Source of the DNA: Thalia democratica
Lineage: Eukaryota
Length of the DNA: 64,000 nucleotides
Reading direction: 5' to 3'
NCBI GenBank assembly: GCA_965202585.1
Contig: OZ241827.1
Coordinates: 74,958,001 to 75,022,000 of the forward strand
This document shows, piece by piece, positions 23,819-37,628 of the stretch. Each line of letters starts with the position of its first letter. Within the stretch, counting starts at the first letter, position 1. A program made the position numbers and the translations under genes. Below the pieces are notes generated by a model. It ran no database searches and had not been told where the DNA came from. It saw only the letters and a program-made list of their open reading frames with translations.

Positions 23819-26800
23819 GTCTAAACAGTCTTATAACACATTTCAATAAATGTGGAATTTTTTTTTGTAGCTAGTTTAGATCTTTGATCATTACTTTTCA
23901 AGGAAGTTAAAAGTTTATAAAATATTTGTAAAACCTTTATTGAAAAAAAACTGTTATTTTTAAATGACTTTATTGTGTTTAAAAAAGGGTTTTCTTTAAA
24001 ATTTTGATATTATCAAACAACTTTGCATAGCTAATAAATTACATTAATATTACCCTGTTGTGATCAAATTCTAAATGTTCAAGCTCTAACTGCTTAGATG
24101 TGTGTTATAAATTATCATTTTTTAACTTATTGTGTAAGATATTGAATAATATAAAGCATTATTTTTTATAAGCATATCAAATAGGTTGAATAAACTACAG
24201 TAGTATATTAAAATATGCATACAGTTTTCATATTGTACTCAAAAATACATGAGTTTATATTTTTGATATTTATTATTTTATTTTGAATTGTTGGTTATTA
24301 ATAGTTACATTAGTGTAAGCAAAATAAAATAAAATTACTCACATGAAATATTTATTGATAAAGTTTGTGCTTCTCAAACTTTTTTTTTATACTGTTGGTA
24401 TTTTAATACTTGAAAAAATTAGTATAAAATAACATACTTAACATATACGTTCACAAAAACGTTTAAATTAAAGTTGTGCTATAAAAGTATTTTTTAAATC
24501 TTAAACTTGTATAAATTAAAAGCTACAATTTAAATTTATTACCATTTTTTTCACATGTGGTAGTTTGTATAAATACTTATATGTTTATCATTGACAAAAA
24601 CAGTAAAAATTTTAAAAATGTTTACAATCTTATTTGAAATGTATGTATTGTCATAAGTAAAGTTAACTTAATTTTAACTTAATATGTTAATGAGATAGAA
24701 ACAAAACAGAAAAAATATTCTTAATGAATTAAATGTAATCAACAAAAATGTAATCAACAAAAAAGAAAACTTAATCTCACAGTACTGAAACTTAAACATT
24801 TAGTTTTAAATATACTTATGGGTTTTCAAAATTTTGTGTAGAGTACTAGTAAAGTAAATATATAAATATCAATTGTCGATGTTTTTGTTCATTTCAGTTA
24901 TAATTGAAATTACTGCTATTAACTTTAAAAAATTGTTTTCTAGATAAGGACAAAGGGAGCTAGAAGCAATTAAGCTAAAAAAATATCTTTGGATAGTATA
25001 TGAATACTCAAATATGAACTAAAAAACTATTTTTTTATAAAATTCAAAAACTTTATCTAAATTTTAAGGTATAGTCATTTTTCTCAAAGGTTTCTGATAA
25101 TAACGTAAGGGCCAAAATTTTTTAATGCTACTTAAAAATTAACCAGGAATCTATCTTTTTCTTCATTTTAAAGCTACTTTCCTCAAATGTATAGAAAATT
25201 GTTCTTGTAATATGAGGAAATTTACTATTGAAAATGTTATAAAAACATTAAATAATTAAAGCTTTATAAAAAAAAGAAGAAAAAATAAACAGTTGTTGTT
25301 TTATCGTTTAAGAATAATTATATTTTTACTCAAAGTTTCTGATCTCTCTCTGGTAGAATTGTTAATAATTAAATTAAGACTATAGTCACAAAAATTGAGA
25401 AAATTGCTTAAAAGCTACTGGAGATGATATATTTTTAATAAAGCCTTTTTTTGCATTTTTCATTGGACCTTTCATAAAGATCCTATTGAACTCTTTGACT
25501 TTGTTACATTCTCTACATCTCGAAAATAATTTTCATTATAAGAAACAGTAAAAAGCAGCTGTTAGGTAATTTAAATATCTTTGAAATAAAATTAAGATGC
25601 AAAAAAATGTGATTAACCTCCACTCACCGCCCTATGCCCTTTAAAGGAATTTTGAACAGTTTTTTGAATATCCTGATTTTTTTAGTTATAATATGATTGT
25701 TTTGTTGCTTTAATTTAGGTTTGTAAAACAAATGTAAACATTTGACTTAAGTTTTTATTTAAATTTTCTTAAAATCTACTATGATTTTATCTAAGTAAAC
25801 AGTTTAAGACATAAATTTAAAATAAGTTTAGTAAAATAAGTACTCTTCTATAACATAAATAAAACAAATTATATTTTAATTTGTTATGTATTTTGTTTCT
25901 AACATGTTTGTTTTAGTTTTCAAACTATATCAGAAGTTTTCAAACTATACCATAATGACAAATTCAATTCTTGAAATTTAAATGTTTCAAGTCATTTGCT
26001 ATTTTTAAGTCATACACTAATTTGGTACATAGTGTGCTAACTTTGTTGTAACATTTTTGGATTAGACAGCTCTGTCCTACATATGATTCATCAAAAAAAA
26101 TATTTTAGATTTAACGTTATCAAACTAAAATTCTAGTTCCCTTTTTTATTTTTAAAACATAGTTATAACAAGAGTTAAGTCTTCAGTTTATAAAGTTTTA
26201 GTTATTAAAGTATTTTTTTCTTTAGAAGTTAGAACAAGTTTTATCCATTATAAACACAAAAAGCGTTCTAAAAGTTTAGAAAGTGGAAAAATGTTTTACA
26301 AATGTGTTGTTTTTTTACAAATTTTTTCATTAGCTTAAAAATAAAGGCTCAAAGTATGAAGTAAAATTCTGTTTCTTTTAGAGTATGAAAATTTCAGACA
26401 AGTTTTGAAACACTGTTATTTTTATAAAAAGTTTTCATTCAAATAAAGATGTGCAAATTAAATATTTTCTTTACAACCAGGTTTCGGTGACAAAAAATTG
26501 CGGCCTCTTCAAGTAAAATGAAATACTTAACTGCACATAACAATGTTGCTTAACTATAATGTTATTTAAAAACTTACTCATGCATGAAAATTTAAAGAAA
26601 TAACTAAAATGTTACTTTTCTACAGCTATAAGTCCATCGTCTCTATATAATCCTATTATTAAGTTTGGTAAGATAAGTTTTAGTCCCTGTAAAACGTATA
26701 GCCCAATTATTCACATACTTCTGCCCCGTGTTTTTCCCCATTGTAATGTCAAAAAGCTGGTTTTCTTTTTATCTACACTTCTTTTTGGTCATATAATTTT

Positions 26801-28759
26801 TTTTTGTTGCGTTAAGGATTATCTTTTATCTCTTATTGTTAATTGTGTGGTTTGACTGGAAAAATTTAGAGCATCTTTTAGTAATCTTTCTGTTATCAAT
26901 GGACAAAAGTCTTATGTGTCAAGTTTCATTAGTTTGTATTTATGCATTTATAGATTTTTGTACCATTTGATTACTTCTTGTGTACATTTTGATTACCACT
27001 TTTGTTGGAAGGTATTGATATATAGTGAATTTGTTTCACTTTATTTTTCAGCCTATAAAATACTCAAAATTTTAAACTACATCTAAAAGTAGCTTAGTTA
27101 TTCAAATAAAATAAGACTTTGAAAATTGTTATAGATCCCCTATGTCTATTACAATAAGAGTGTGATTAATATATTAATGACGAATAATTATTATAGAAAT
27201 TGAAGTATTAAGATTTACTTTGGTATTTAAACTAATGTTTCTCAGCTATTCAACTGTTATGAAAAAGACTGCATTATAAAAAGTTAGTTTATTTTTTCAA
27301 ATAAAACTAATTTATATAGCTTCTAAAATTTAAATAGAAAACAATGTTTTGTAATCATAATTTTAAATATGCTTATCAAAAATAAGTTTTTATTTCAACT
27401 GACAATATTTGAAGAGCTGTAAATATTTTCGTACAATTTTTATATTTTTAGTCATTTAAAAAATTTTTTTAATTTAACTGTATTTTTTTTAAACAGAGAG
27501 GACGCTATTTCAAAAACAACAATTTTCTCCAATTTTCTAACCCTGAAAAATTTTAACATGGAAATGTTAGTTTACATTTTTTAATCATTTATTTATATTC
27601 AATATAGTGTTTTATAAATGTAGAAAGTAGATTGCTTGGACTTAAATTTACTGTACATAAAAATTTGTATGAACTGTAGAAGTATATTTAAAAAAAGAGC
27701 AATTAAGTAAACAAGTATTACTATAGTAGAAAAATTATAATAATAATTTATATGTATTAATATTTGTATAATAATTTGATAATTCTTTAAAAAAATGCTT
27801 GTGATTTTCACAGCTAACATAATATCACTAAAAAATATAAACTAAAATTTCGATGTGAAGTTTTTTTATTGTGCCCAGCTTTAAAATATTTGAGGTTAAT
27901 TATTTTTCTTTATAATGCTTCATGGAATATTGACTTAAATAAAGAATCTTTAAAATTTTGTCAAAAATACAGATTAATACATATCAACTTGTAAATCATG
28001 CTAGACATAATAATTTTTAAATAATAACTAGTGGCTGTTTATATTGACAAAGTTATAAAATTTATTAGATGTAGAGCTTAATCTAAAAGCTAAAAATAAA
28101 ATAAAAATGTTTAATTAAAAAAAAACGTATTATTTACAGAACTGAAATATTTTAATATTTACTTAAGCTAAAATGTTTGAACCAATAGAATTATTTAGTT
28201 TAGCAATAATAATGTGCATGTACGTAAAAAACTATATTTACTTTTGGCAAACAACTTTTCTTTTATTTCCATCCTAAAAGTTTTAGAAGGTTTTAGAGTT
28301 TCAACCTCTTTCATAGGATAAATTATTTAAAAAGCTTAAAGTATTTAGTTAAATTTATGAAGTTTAATTTTTTAACTAAAATAAGAATTGTTTAATATAT
28401 AAAAAAACTTATGCTCATAAATATACAATGACTAATTTTGATAAGTTTTATTATATTTTAATATATTACACTTTAAGTGGTTTAAATTTTCATGCAACAA
28501 ATTAATAGTCTTCTTGCAAACTAAATACAGTTTAAAGTTTTGGCTTTTTTATCTTAAGCAAAGTTTGTTGCAGCGCCATCAAACCTCACAATCAAAGCAT
28601 TCAAGTCATTGAAATTATTTTAGCATTAAGTGTAACTAGAGTTATTTAGTTTAAGTATAGCAGATTTAAAAAGAGCCATCATTAACTTACATTGTGCATA
28701 TTATGCTTGAGTATTTTATACATGTGTATATAACCACGTTAACGGTAATTTTTCCAGCA

Positions 28760-28831
28760 GGCCTGGTGGCGCAACGGTAGCGCGTCTGACTCCAGATCAG
28801 AAGGTTGCGTGTTCAAATCACGTCCGGGTCA
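28760..28831 (+). tRNA. tRNA-Trp(CCA)
   Basis: Identical to 18746-18817. Confidence 0.97.
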
Positions 28832-29809
28832 TTTGTTTTTTAAATGTTTTTTTATATAGAAGTTATGTTATATGTACAAGCTAAGAAAATTTTCGTCAAC
28901 TGATTTTCTTTTTAATATAGAAAATATAGACACTATAAACTATTTAGGTCTAACAATTAGATCGAACAGTTTTATGTAATCAACAGATATGATTAAAGAT
29001 CTTATAAAAATTGTATAAAGTTAGAAACACAATAAAAAATGTATACTTATTTAATCTTAAGAAATACTTTTTACACTTTAAGCTATTTATTCATTAAAAA
29101 AGTCGCAAGCTTTTACAATCATTTTATAAGTTTAATAAGTACCACAAATCTCACTTTCGTTTATAAGTCGTGAAGAAATATGTAAATTATTAAAACTAAT
29201 AAATAAATACTTATATTTATTTATAGTTTGTTAACTGCAAACTAGAAAAAGCTAATCTGTTATAAATTTTATTAAGATGTCTATTCACTGAGTTTTTATT
29301 TATTAAAAACTGAGTGTGACTTATCATATTTAGAACTTAGTCTTACTATTTTTCTAATTTACAAGATGCAAACTGCTTTTTAAATGAATTTAAATATTTA
29401 ATATAAATTATACTTGGAATAAAAACAGAAAGCTTAGTGCTTTTTTTTCAATTTTACTATTATTCAAATTGTTAGACTAGGTATTTAATTTTTTTTAAAT
29501 ATTTCTATTAATATAAACCAATTATAAGATATATGATATGATTGGTGCTAGACTAGATACATTAGTTTTTCAAATTTGCAAAGTATTTCATAAGATTAAT
29601 TTATTAAATTTTAAAGTTTTAAAAATAAACAAATTAACGATCTTATTAAACAAAAAGGCTTAACAAATTTTAATTATTTTAAATTCGTGTTAAAAACTTG
29701 TAAAACAAAGTTAAAATGGTTGTCATTATAAACGTTATCACGAAGTACACACCAAAAAGTAGAGGCAATAAATAATTTTATAAGCCCTACATACTAAATC
29801 TTGGCATCA

Positions 29810-29880
29810 GCATTGTTGGTTCAGTGGTAGAATTCTCGCCTGCCACGCGGGAGGCCCGGGTTCGATTCCCGGACAATGCA
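29810..29880 (+). tRNA. tRNA-Gly(GCC)
   Basis: GCATTGTTGGTTCAGTGGTAGAATTCTCGCCTGCCACGCGGGAGGCCCGGGTTCGATTCCCGGACAATGCA. Confidence 0.98.
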
Positions 29881-30713
29881 TTTTTGGTTCTTGTTTTTAA
29901 ATTTAATTAGGATATGAGCAAGTTTCATACAATTAATTTACAACAAAGCTTTCAATTTATAAAATTAATAGTTTGTTAGTAGTGATTGGCTGCTTAAGTA
30001 GTAACGGGATCAAAGTCTGACAGATTTATAAATTTTGTTTTAAATGTTAATAGAAGTATTTAAAATATATTTTGTATAATTTAACTGATTTAATAATTTG
30101 CTAAGATTATACTTTTAAATTAATATTCTAAATGTCGTGTAAAGTATTTATTTTGGTCAGTGCGTTTGCTAAGTGCCATCTATAAACAAAAGTAGTTAAA
30201 TGTGCTAATTATAAAGAATTAGTGCAGAGTTATATTTGGACTTACATTTTACGTTTATAGACTCAATATTCATATTGCAATAAGTTGTCTTTAATAATTA
30301 TAGTTTAGTTTTTGTTTTGTTCCATAGTAGAAATTTTAACTTTTTTATAAGTTTGTTAAAATATAGAATTTTCTTAGATTTCTTAACAACATAAAGACGA
30401 CAAAAACAGAAATCCGAAACCAAAGCTAATTAAATCTGCTTATAACGATGTTAGTTTAACTTACTTTTATAGTATTTATAATAAAAATAAATTGTGAATT
30501 TTTAAAATTATATACATTTTTATGTTTCTTTAAAACGCTAAGTTTTAGGCCAATGTTTAAACAGGTTTTCAATCTTGACAAAAGCTATTCAGTTTTATTT
30601 TTATTTATCTAAAATAAAGTATTTTGAAACTTTAGTAGTCATTTAAGCGTGGTAAAGTTTAAATTAATACTATCTTAACTCATCTAAAGTTTCTAATTTT
30701 ATAGCTTTTAAAA

Positions 30714-31051
30714 GGGTAGCTGTAAAAATTGTACGAGCGTACAAAGTTGCACGAAGGAACAAAATTGCACGAGTGCACAAAATTGCACGAAGATACTTTT
30801 GCAAAAGCGATTTTTTTTATTAAATTATCATTTAGTTTTTTTTTTTCTGTATTTATACTCTCGTGCAAAAATTTAACTCGTGCAAAATTGACCCTTGGTT
30901 CAAAATCGTTTTTGTGCAATTTTTTGCCCTCATGCAAATTTTGCCTGTGCAAACTTGGCTTCGTGCAATTTTGTGCACTCGTGAAATTTTGTTCTAGTGC
31001 AATTTAGTAGCCTCGTGCAATTTTGTCTTCATGCAATTTAGACCCGTTCCC
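30714..31051. mobile_element. MULE-like foldback MITE (338 bp)
   Basis: GGG...CCC ends. AAATTGCACGA repeats on the left mirror TCGTGCAATTT repeats on the right. 9-bp TSD cttttaaaa/cgtttaaaa (8/9). The paralogous site at ~21705 is empty. Confidence 0.75.
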
Positions 31052-31751
31052 CGTTTAAAAAGCTTGATTAAAACCCTCTTTATAAATATTCATTCTATGT
31101 CAGATTATAACCAAAACGCTACTACTACTTTACTTTTTTTTTTCAGTTGGACCATATTTTTTTATTTATAATTTTTTAAATTTTATACCCAAAAAAATCT
31201 ATACTAGCTTTGAATTTTTTTTCGTAGTTTCCAAAACATTATAGTATCTTTAGATATAACTATTACAATTTTACATGGCTGTTGAATATAAACTGTTTAC
31301 CATAAAATGATAACTTAATTTATTATATGAGAAAAATATGTAAACTTATTAAACTTAAAACTAATGCTTTCAAATGATTATGATAGCTATTTTAAATTTA
31401 TAAACTTTAAGTAATTTAAGATTGAAAAATTAAAATATATAAATTTTATACTAAATATTTTGTATTTTGATTGTTATTTATATTTTAAATAGATGCTTTT
31501 AATTAAGTTTTACAGCTAATTGTTGAAACTACTACGTTAAATAAAGATTTCGTTTTAATTATTATTCCGTTTATTCTCAATTAAAACTTTAATTACTACA
31601 CAGAAATAATTATTACGACTTCGAGTTAAACACTTTAAAGATAGCACTTACAAGTACATACTTTAAAAAGATTAGCGACCGTTGGTAATTGTCACGTACT
31701 GAAGTACGCACGTGTAATTTTATATACTACACATTTACAGTTTTCACAAGC

Positions 31752-31824
31752 GCCCGGCTAGCTCAGTCGGTAGAGCGTTGGACTCTTAATCCAACGGTCG
31801 TGGGTTCGAGCCCCACGTTGGGCG
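31752..31824 (+). tRNA. tRNA-Lys(CTT)
   Basis: Identical to 22368-22440. Confidence 0.98.
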
Positions 31825-32457
31825 TGGTTAATTTTAATTTTTGTATTAGTTTAAGTTATTTTTTGTTAAATAATTAGTTACATGGTTTTAATGACCGATA
31901 ATTAGATTAGTTTGTTCAAATCATTAAAATCACGATTTTGGTAAATTTATCAAAAAAATATTTTCAGTTTTTATAATACAGACAAAATAAAAAGATAAAT
32001 TTCACAAAGTAAGCTTATCGATATTTTTCTGGTCTAACTTCTGCTAATTTTTTTTTTTAATATTTTCTATATAACACTTTTTTTATTGTAATTTTGGCTA
32101 CGAAAAACCCACAATAAAACTAAATTAAGTAGGTTTTATTTTTTTCTTTGTTAGGACTAGACTGCTTAAATTAATTTTAAATATGGTATTCAAAAATTAT
32201 AGTTATAATAAATGCAAAGCAAAAAATTTTAGCATCAACTCATTTTTATTTCAGATTTATTTTAAAAATCTACACATTATTCTATATGTGCACCATGCTT
32301 CAAGAAACTTGTAATAAGTTAATTTCTTCTCATAGAAGTAAGCTTCAGGTTATAAAAACAAAATACTGACAAATTAAATAAAACTAAAAAAGTTGTGATA
32401 GTTTAGTTTCTATAAAGGAAATAACTTTTATTACTTAACAAAATATAAGTCAAAAAG

Positions 32458-32528
32458 TGCGTCGACCGGAAGTCGACCCGGAACTTTTGTTTAGAAGGTA
32501 CCAATGCTGACCGTTACACCATCGACGC
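32458..32528 (-). pseudogene. tRNA-Gly(TCC) pseudogene (anticodon now TCT, B-box 1-nt deletion)
   Basis: 7 substitutions and 1 deletion versus 33962-34033. Confidence 0.9.
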
Positions 32529-33574
32529 TCATTGATACTCCTGTAAGTAAAGAATATGAAGTTACTTAATATAACTCTTGATAACAAGCCTCGGTTAATT
32601 ACATTTGGGTGGTGACGTAATAATAATAAGTGAGACGCTGAATTAATTTTTTTTTAATTATTAAATTAAGGTAATTATGCTATTAAGTAAGATATTTGAA
32701 AAATTTATATTAACTGCCACTAAAGCTATTAAATTATTTGATATAATATAGTATTTAAAATCAAATCGATATTTAAATTTTAAAAATAGCAAAAAAATGA
32801 TAGCTGCAAATTTATAAAAAAAAAAACTCGAAGTTTAATCTTATGAAATTAAACTAACCGATAGGAAGTTTAGTAAAGTATGATGTTAATTACGCATAAA
32901 AATAAGTTCAAAGTCAAGAACCAACTTTTACAATGTATAATTAAAATAATTTTATTTATATTTTTTTATTCGTGTTAAGTTGTTTACAAAGTTGCACTAA
33001 AAACTCTACTTCTTAATGTTATATGTCTTATTATGACTGTTACAAATGATATTACTTTTCCACGTAAAGCAAAATGCTTAATTATATATCCTAGTCATAA
33101 GTAACTCTATTAGTAAACAAAAGTACTTATTTTTTTATAATATTTGTAGAAGAAGCAAATTATCAATCTATATAAAATAAAACAGTTATACATATTTAAA
33201 TATATACATAAGTATGCACTTTATATATATGGTGAATAAATTATAAGAACGTAAAATAAAAACAAAGTATTAACTAACAGCAACTTTATCTGTTTGTTTT
33301 GGATAATTACTAAGAGTTGTTTACCGTTTTGATGAGCTGAAAAAGCTAAAAACAAAATGTAAACAGCTAAAAGCTCAAAGAATGTCTCTGAACTCTGGCT
33401 AGTTACAATTTACAAACATAACAAATAAATAAACACTTTCCATTCAAATGAATAAAGTTTAACTGTCCTACAAATTTATCAATCACATTTAGTTGTAGTT
33501 CATCGATTATTTATAGAACACCTCTTCGTTCATTTTCGGTAATTTTATCTTTAAAATAATACTAACCCTTAAAC

Positions 33575-33898
33575 CAGGGTTTCCCAAAGTGGGCCATGAC
33601 AGATACTCAGGGGGCCATGAGCAGTAAAGGAGCCACAGGGGGGCCATAACTTGAAACTTACACTAGATATTCTTGAGTTGCAGATGAAAAGCAAAAAAAA
33701 AAGGTCTTATGTGTAGTTTATGGTAGTTTAGAAACTTACACTAGATATTCTTGAGTTGCAGATGAAGAGCAAAAAAAAAGAAAAAAGGTCTTATGTGTAT
33801 TTTATCGTAGTTTATGAGTAACCTATATGTTGAAGGGGGCCATTGTTTTTTCAAACTTTATAAAGGGGGCCAATTGCAAAAAAGTTTGGAAAACCGTG
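33575..33898. mobile_element. Non-autonomous hAT-type MITE (324 bp)
   Basis: TIRs CAGGGTTTCCCAAAGT / AGTTTGGAAAACCGTG; perfect 8-bp TSD CCTTAAAC; GGGGCCA repeats; internal ~80-bp tandem duplication. Confidence 0.9.
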
Positions 33899-33961
33899 CC
33901 TTAAACGCATGGCTTGCTTTCATAATAACTTTATAAACTCAACTCACTATTACTTACACAA

Positions 33962-34033
33962 GCGTCGATGGTGTAACGGTTAGCATTGGTGCCTTCCAAG
34001 CACTAGTTCCGGGTTCGACTCCCGGTCGACGCA
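33962..34033 (+). tRNA. tRNA-Gly(TCC)
   Basis: GCGTCGATGGTGTAACGGTTAGCATTGGTGCCTTCCAAGCACTAGTTCCGGGTTCGACTCCCGGTCGACGCA. Confidence 0.97.
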
Positions 34034-34872
34034 CTTTTGCTGATAAACTGTTTCCAAGAATCAGAAATTAGCTTTTTATTACAACCGATAATTGATTTTT
34101 TTGATGTCGTTACCACTACAATTTGTTCAATTAACATCTGAGTTTTGCATTTATGTTAAAACATCAACTAATTTAAAGACTTTTTCTAATTATGTTAAAT
34201 GTGCAAACGAAAGTTGTTCAAACTTTAATAAATTTTAGCATAAATAATTAAACACTAAGATTGTTATTTGTCTGGGTAAATTAACTTCTCTGCTTTTTAC
34301 CTTACGTTTATTTTGAGAAAAATTTCGTGTAACAATGAAAATATTGTTGCGATTTATTGTATTAACGGCCAGGTATAATTGTATGTAAAAGTAGTACTCA
34401 TTTGATTTGTATGATTTGTTATAGTTTATTAAGTTGTTAGATATTGTTTTATTGGCCTTGTTATTGAACTTTGTTCAAATTATTTTGTTTGTGTTATGTT
34501 TAATCGTTAATACTTAACATGAAAAACTATGCTTTGTTTGGAAAAGTTCAATTTAAAAAATCAAACCTTTATTTATGTGTAAAAACTTTAGGTAAAAAGT
34601 AAAGTATTTTAGTTTTTCAATGTAGAGTTTTCTCATATGTATTTTTATGAAATATAAAAATAATTTTTAATCATATAGAAGCTAGTAGTTTAAATAATAT
34701 TTGGTTAATAGTTATATACACTAAATTAATTTAATACACTATTTGCTTTTTGCTGCAAGCAATAAATTTGAGCAATGTTGCAAAAATATGCTGAAATCAG
34801 CAAATATAATGTTTTTAAGGCTAGTAAGCTCATATAAGTGTTTATATATGCGTAATATCGAGCTTGCTACAA

Positions 34873-34954
34873 GTCGTTGTGGCCGAGTGGTTAAGGCGAT
34901 TGACTAGAAATCAATTGGGCTCTGCCCGCGTAGGTTCGAATCCTGCCGACGACG
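34873..34954 (+). tRNA. tRNA-Ser(AGA)
   Basis: GTCGTTGTGGCCGAGTGGTTAAGGCGATTGACTAGAAATCAATTGGGCTCTGCCCGCGTAGGTTCGAATCCTGCCGACGACG. Confidence 0.98.
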
Positions 34955-37535
34955 CCTTTTTAGGTTTTTTTTTTTAATGATGTTAATTACGTTTTAACTA
35001 TCTGCTGTAAATTATTAGCTTATCTGTGTATGCTTACTTGGATACAAAATGTGTCGAAAAAATTTACAAAATTATACTTGTAGTAAACACAAATCATTAT
35101 AAACTTGACAAATTACAAGTATAATCATTCTAACAATAACCTATACCTTTTTATTCTATAATATATTAAGTTCATCGATTAATTTTTACAACAAATTTAA
35201 ATGACAGTTTTTCAAATTAAAAAAAAATTGAATTAATGACTTAGATTTAAGTTCATCTAAGTATATATATCAGATTTGAAATATGTAATACTAAACAAAG
35301 ATAAATTTATTTTGGTAAATAAGTTTATTGTAAATGTTATTAGAAATAAACAAAACATAAATATTGTTTATAATTTTGATACTTAAGTTAATTTTACTTC
35401 ATTACTTTTATGTTGCATTAAAAGTTTCGAGCTTTTTATTTAATTTAATCTCGAGGGGTTAAGAAGTAAAATGAGAAATTTCTCTTTAACTCGCACTTAT
35501 ATTTCACACGACTTTATTGTTATCGGTAAAAAACTCAATACTTCAATAAATATAAATCCTACAAACAGGTAACGAAGCAGCAGCATTGAGATGGAGCCCA
35601 AATGGTTGCCGAAACTTTCAACAGAACCAACTTCACTTGACAGGTAAACATAAATTTTGACTCTATATTAAATATTTAAAAGACTAATTATTGAGTTAGA
35701 AAAATATTAAAATAGTAATTCATCCAAGAAGGTAATTGAAAATTAAAATTTTGTTGTTTTAATAAACACAATTACACTGTCTCATTGAAAAACTGAATTT
35801 AAAGTTTGTAAATCCGCTTTGCGGTGAAACTGTGTAATTGAGTTTCTCAAAATGATACAAATGTTCATATTTAAATATAATCTAAATTTTATTTGCTTTT
35901 TAATTTCACCAGCTATCAGATATCAAGATACCTATGTACAATGTTTTCATTATTATTATTTGTTTATATAAATATTCGTAATTAAGTAATACCATGATTA
36001 TCTTTGTTATTATGCCTTATCTGGCATATAGTAAACCGTCATAAGCTATTTAAAACATTTATAGCATCACAACTCAAACTTTAAATATAAACATAACAAT
36101 TTCAAACTTATAACTTAGACTTATCATTACAAACTTATAACGCATTTGCAGTATACAAGTTTTAAGTTTAAACATAACTTTACAAACTTATAGTGTACTT
36201 CTACTAAAAAATTATACTTCAAATACAACTGATTAAGTTGAACGTAAACAGCTCAAATTGTTCACATCTCAGAGATAAATTTAAACAGAAAGCTAAATCT
36301 ATATTAAAATTTTAACAAGTTTATGTGTATAAAATTTATGCTCAAAATTCTAATTACCAATTTGTAGAGCTTTATTCAGTATTCAATTAAATAATTTTTA
36401 ACTTTATTATCAGCAATTTAACATTTCTGTAAAAGTCAACAAACCAAGTTTTCTTTTTTTAATACAACAAAAGATGCAAGATAAAAAGTATTCTACTTTA
36501 GTACGATCACAACGTTTTTTGAAATATGGGCTTTTACGTTAAAAGGAAAAAAAGAAAGAAAAAAAAATGTAATGAAGTTATTGTTTAATTGGCATCATCG
36601 CTTGGTAAAGTTTGATTTAAGAAAATTTAGACAACAAAAAAATTGGCTTTCGGTTGTTGTCAGTTGCGACGCGTGGTATCGTACAAAAAAAAATTACACG
36701 TATTTAAAAACCTAAATTGATACTTTTAAAAACTATTTGGGTAATAAAAAACTACTAGAATCACAACAAATCGTTTGTAAACAAAATTTTATTTTAAAAC
36801 AGTATTTTTTAAGGTTCTTTAAAAAAGTAAAAAGTTTTTTAATTAACGCTCCATCCCACGCAACGCCACTGAATGTAATGCTTAAATCGTTTTAACTTAA
36901 GTATGTGTTGTTTGTCGGTAGAAATGTACACTTGTTTGTAAGTTGTACCAAAAAAATGCTTCTAAATTTTTATTCTGTCTTTAAAGTATTTATTGCGATT
37001 TTTAACTACTCAAGTCATAACTTTGTCTATAAAATTTAAAAATTCTGTTGAAACTGAGAAGTTATATTTTATAATTGCGCTCGCATTAGTTTTGCATAAA
37101 GACTGAAACAAAGCTATCTAAATACACCATGAATTTCTAAATACAACTCAAAGATAACATAATTTCGTTACATATATTATAACCCTATCAAATGTTAATA
37201 GTTAAGTTTAGTAAGTTTGTATCCAAGTATTTAGCATAGTCTTGGCGTATTAAAATTTTAGACTGTAAAAAATAACAGTTTTTTTTTTTTTAATTTACGG
37301 GCTAACAAAAGTTTAATTAATGTAGATTTTTTACACTTCATTCCAAACTTTGTAAAACTTTAAAACTATGTTCAGCGAAAAGTGTAGATCAACATAACAA
37401 GTTAACCAAACATTTTTATAAAACTCTTTTCTAATACGTACTAAATCTATAGCTTCAACAATATAACTAAACTTCTCACTCCCACTTTTAACAAAGTATT
37501 TTTATTATACTTTATTAAACGACAAAATGATATAC

Positions 37536-37628
37536 TTGGTCCTAGGATCTGGTGCACGAAGAACCTTTTGGTCATCGAGTCCCACACTACGGATACCTTT
37601 TAACGTCTTTTACAGGGCAATTTAATGT
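37536..37628. repeat. ~95-bp dispersed repeat, paralog of 1998-2093
   Basis: Aligns by eye with 1998-2093. Confidence 0.7.

Larger units (their letters stand above)
23843..33250 (+). repeat. Older internal tandem duplication, block B
   Basis: Homologous to ~14585-23400, with extra segments at ~26480-27000, 30714-31051 and ~32215-32660. Confidence 0.9.

Noticed and set aside
26678-26690. ttttagtccctgt, resembling part of a Hydra spliced-leader sequence recalled from memory
   Set aside because: Only 13 nt match; the rest of the leader, the splice donor and the Sm site are not evident.
30680-31007. ORFs 30680..30952 and 30729..31007
   Set aside because: They are translations of the MITE's TTGCACGA repeats, with no transposase motifs.
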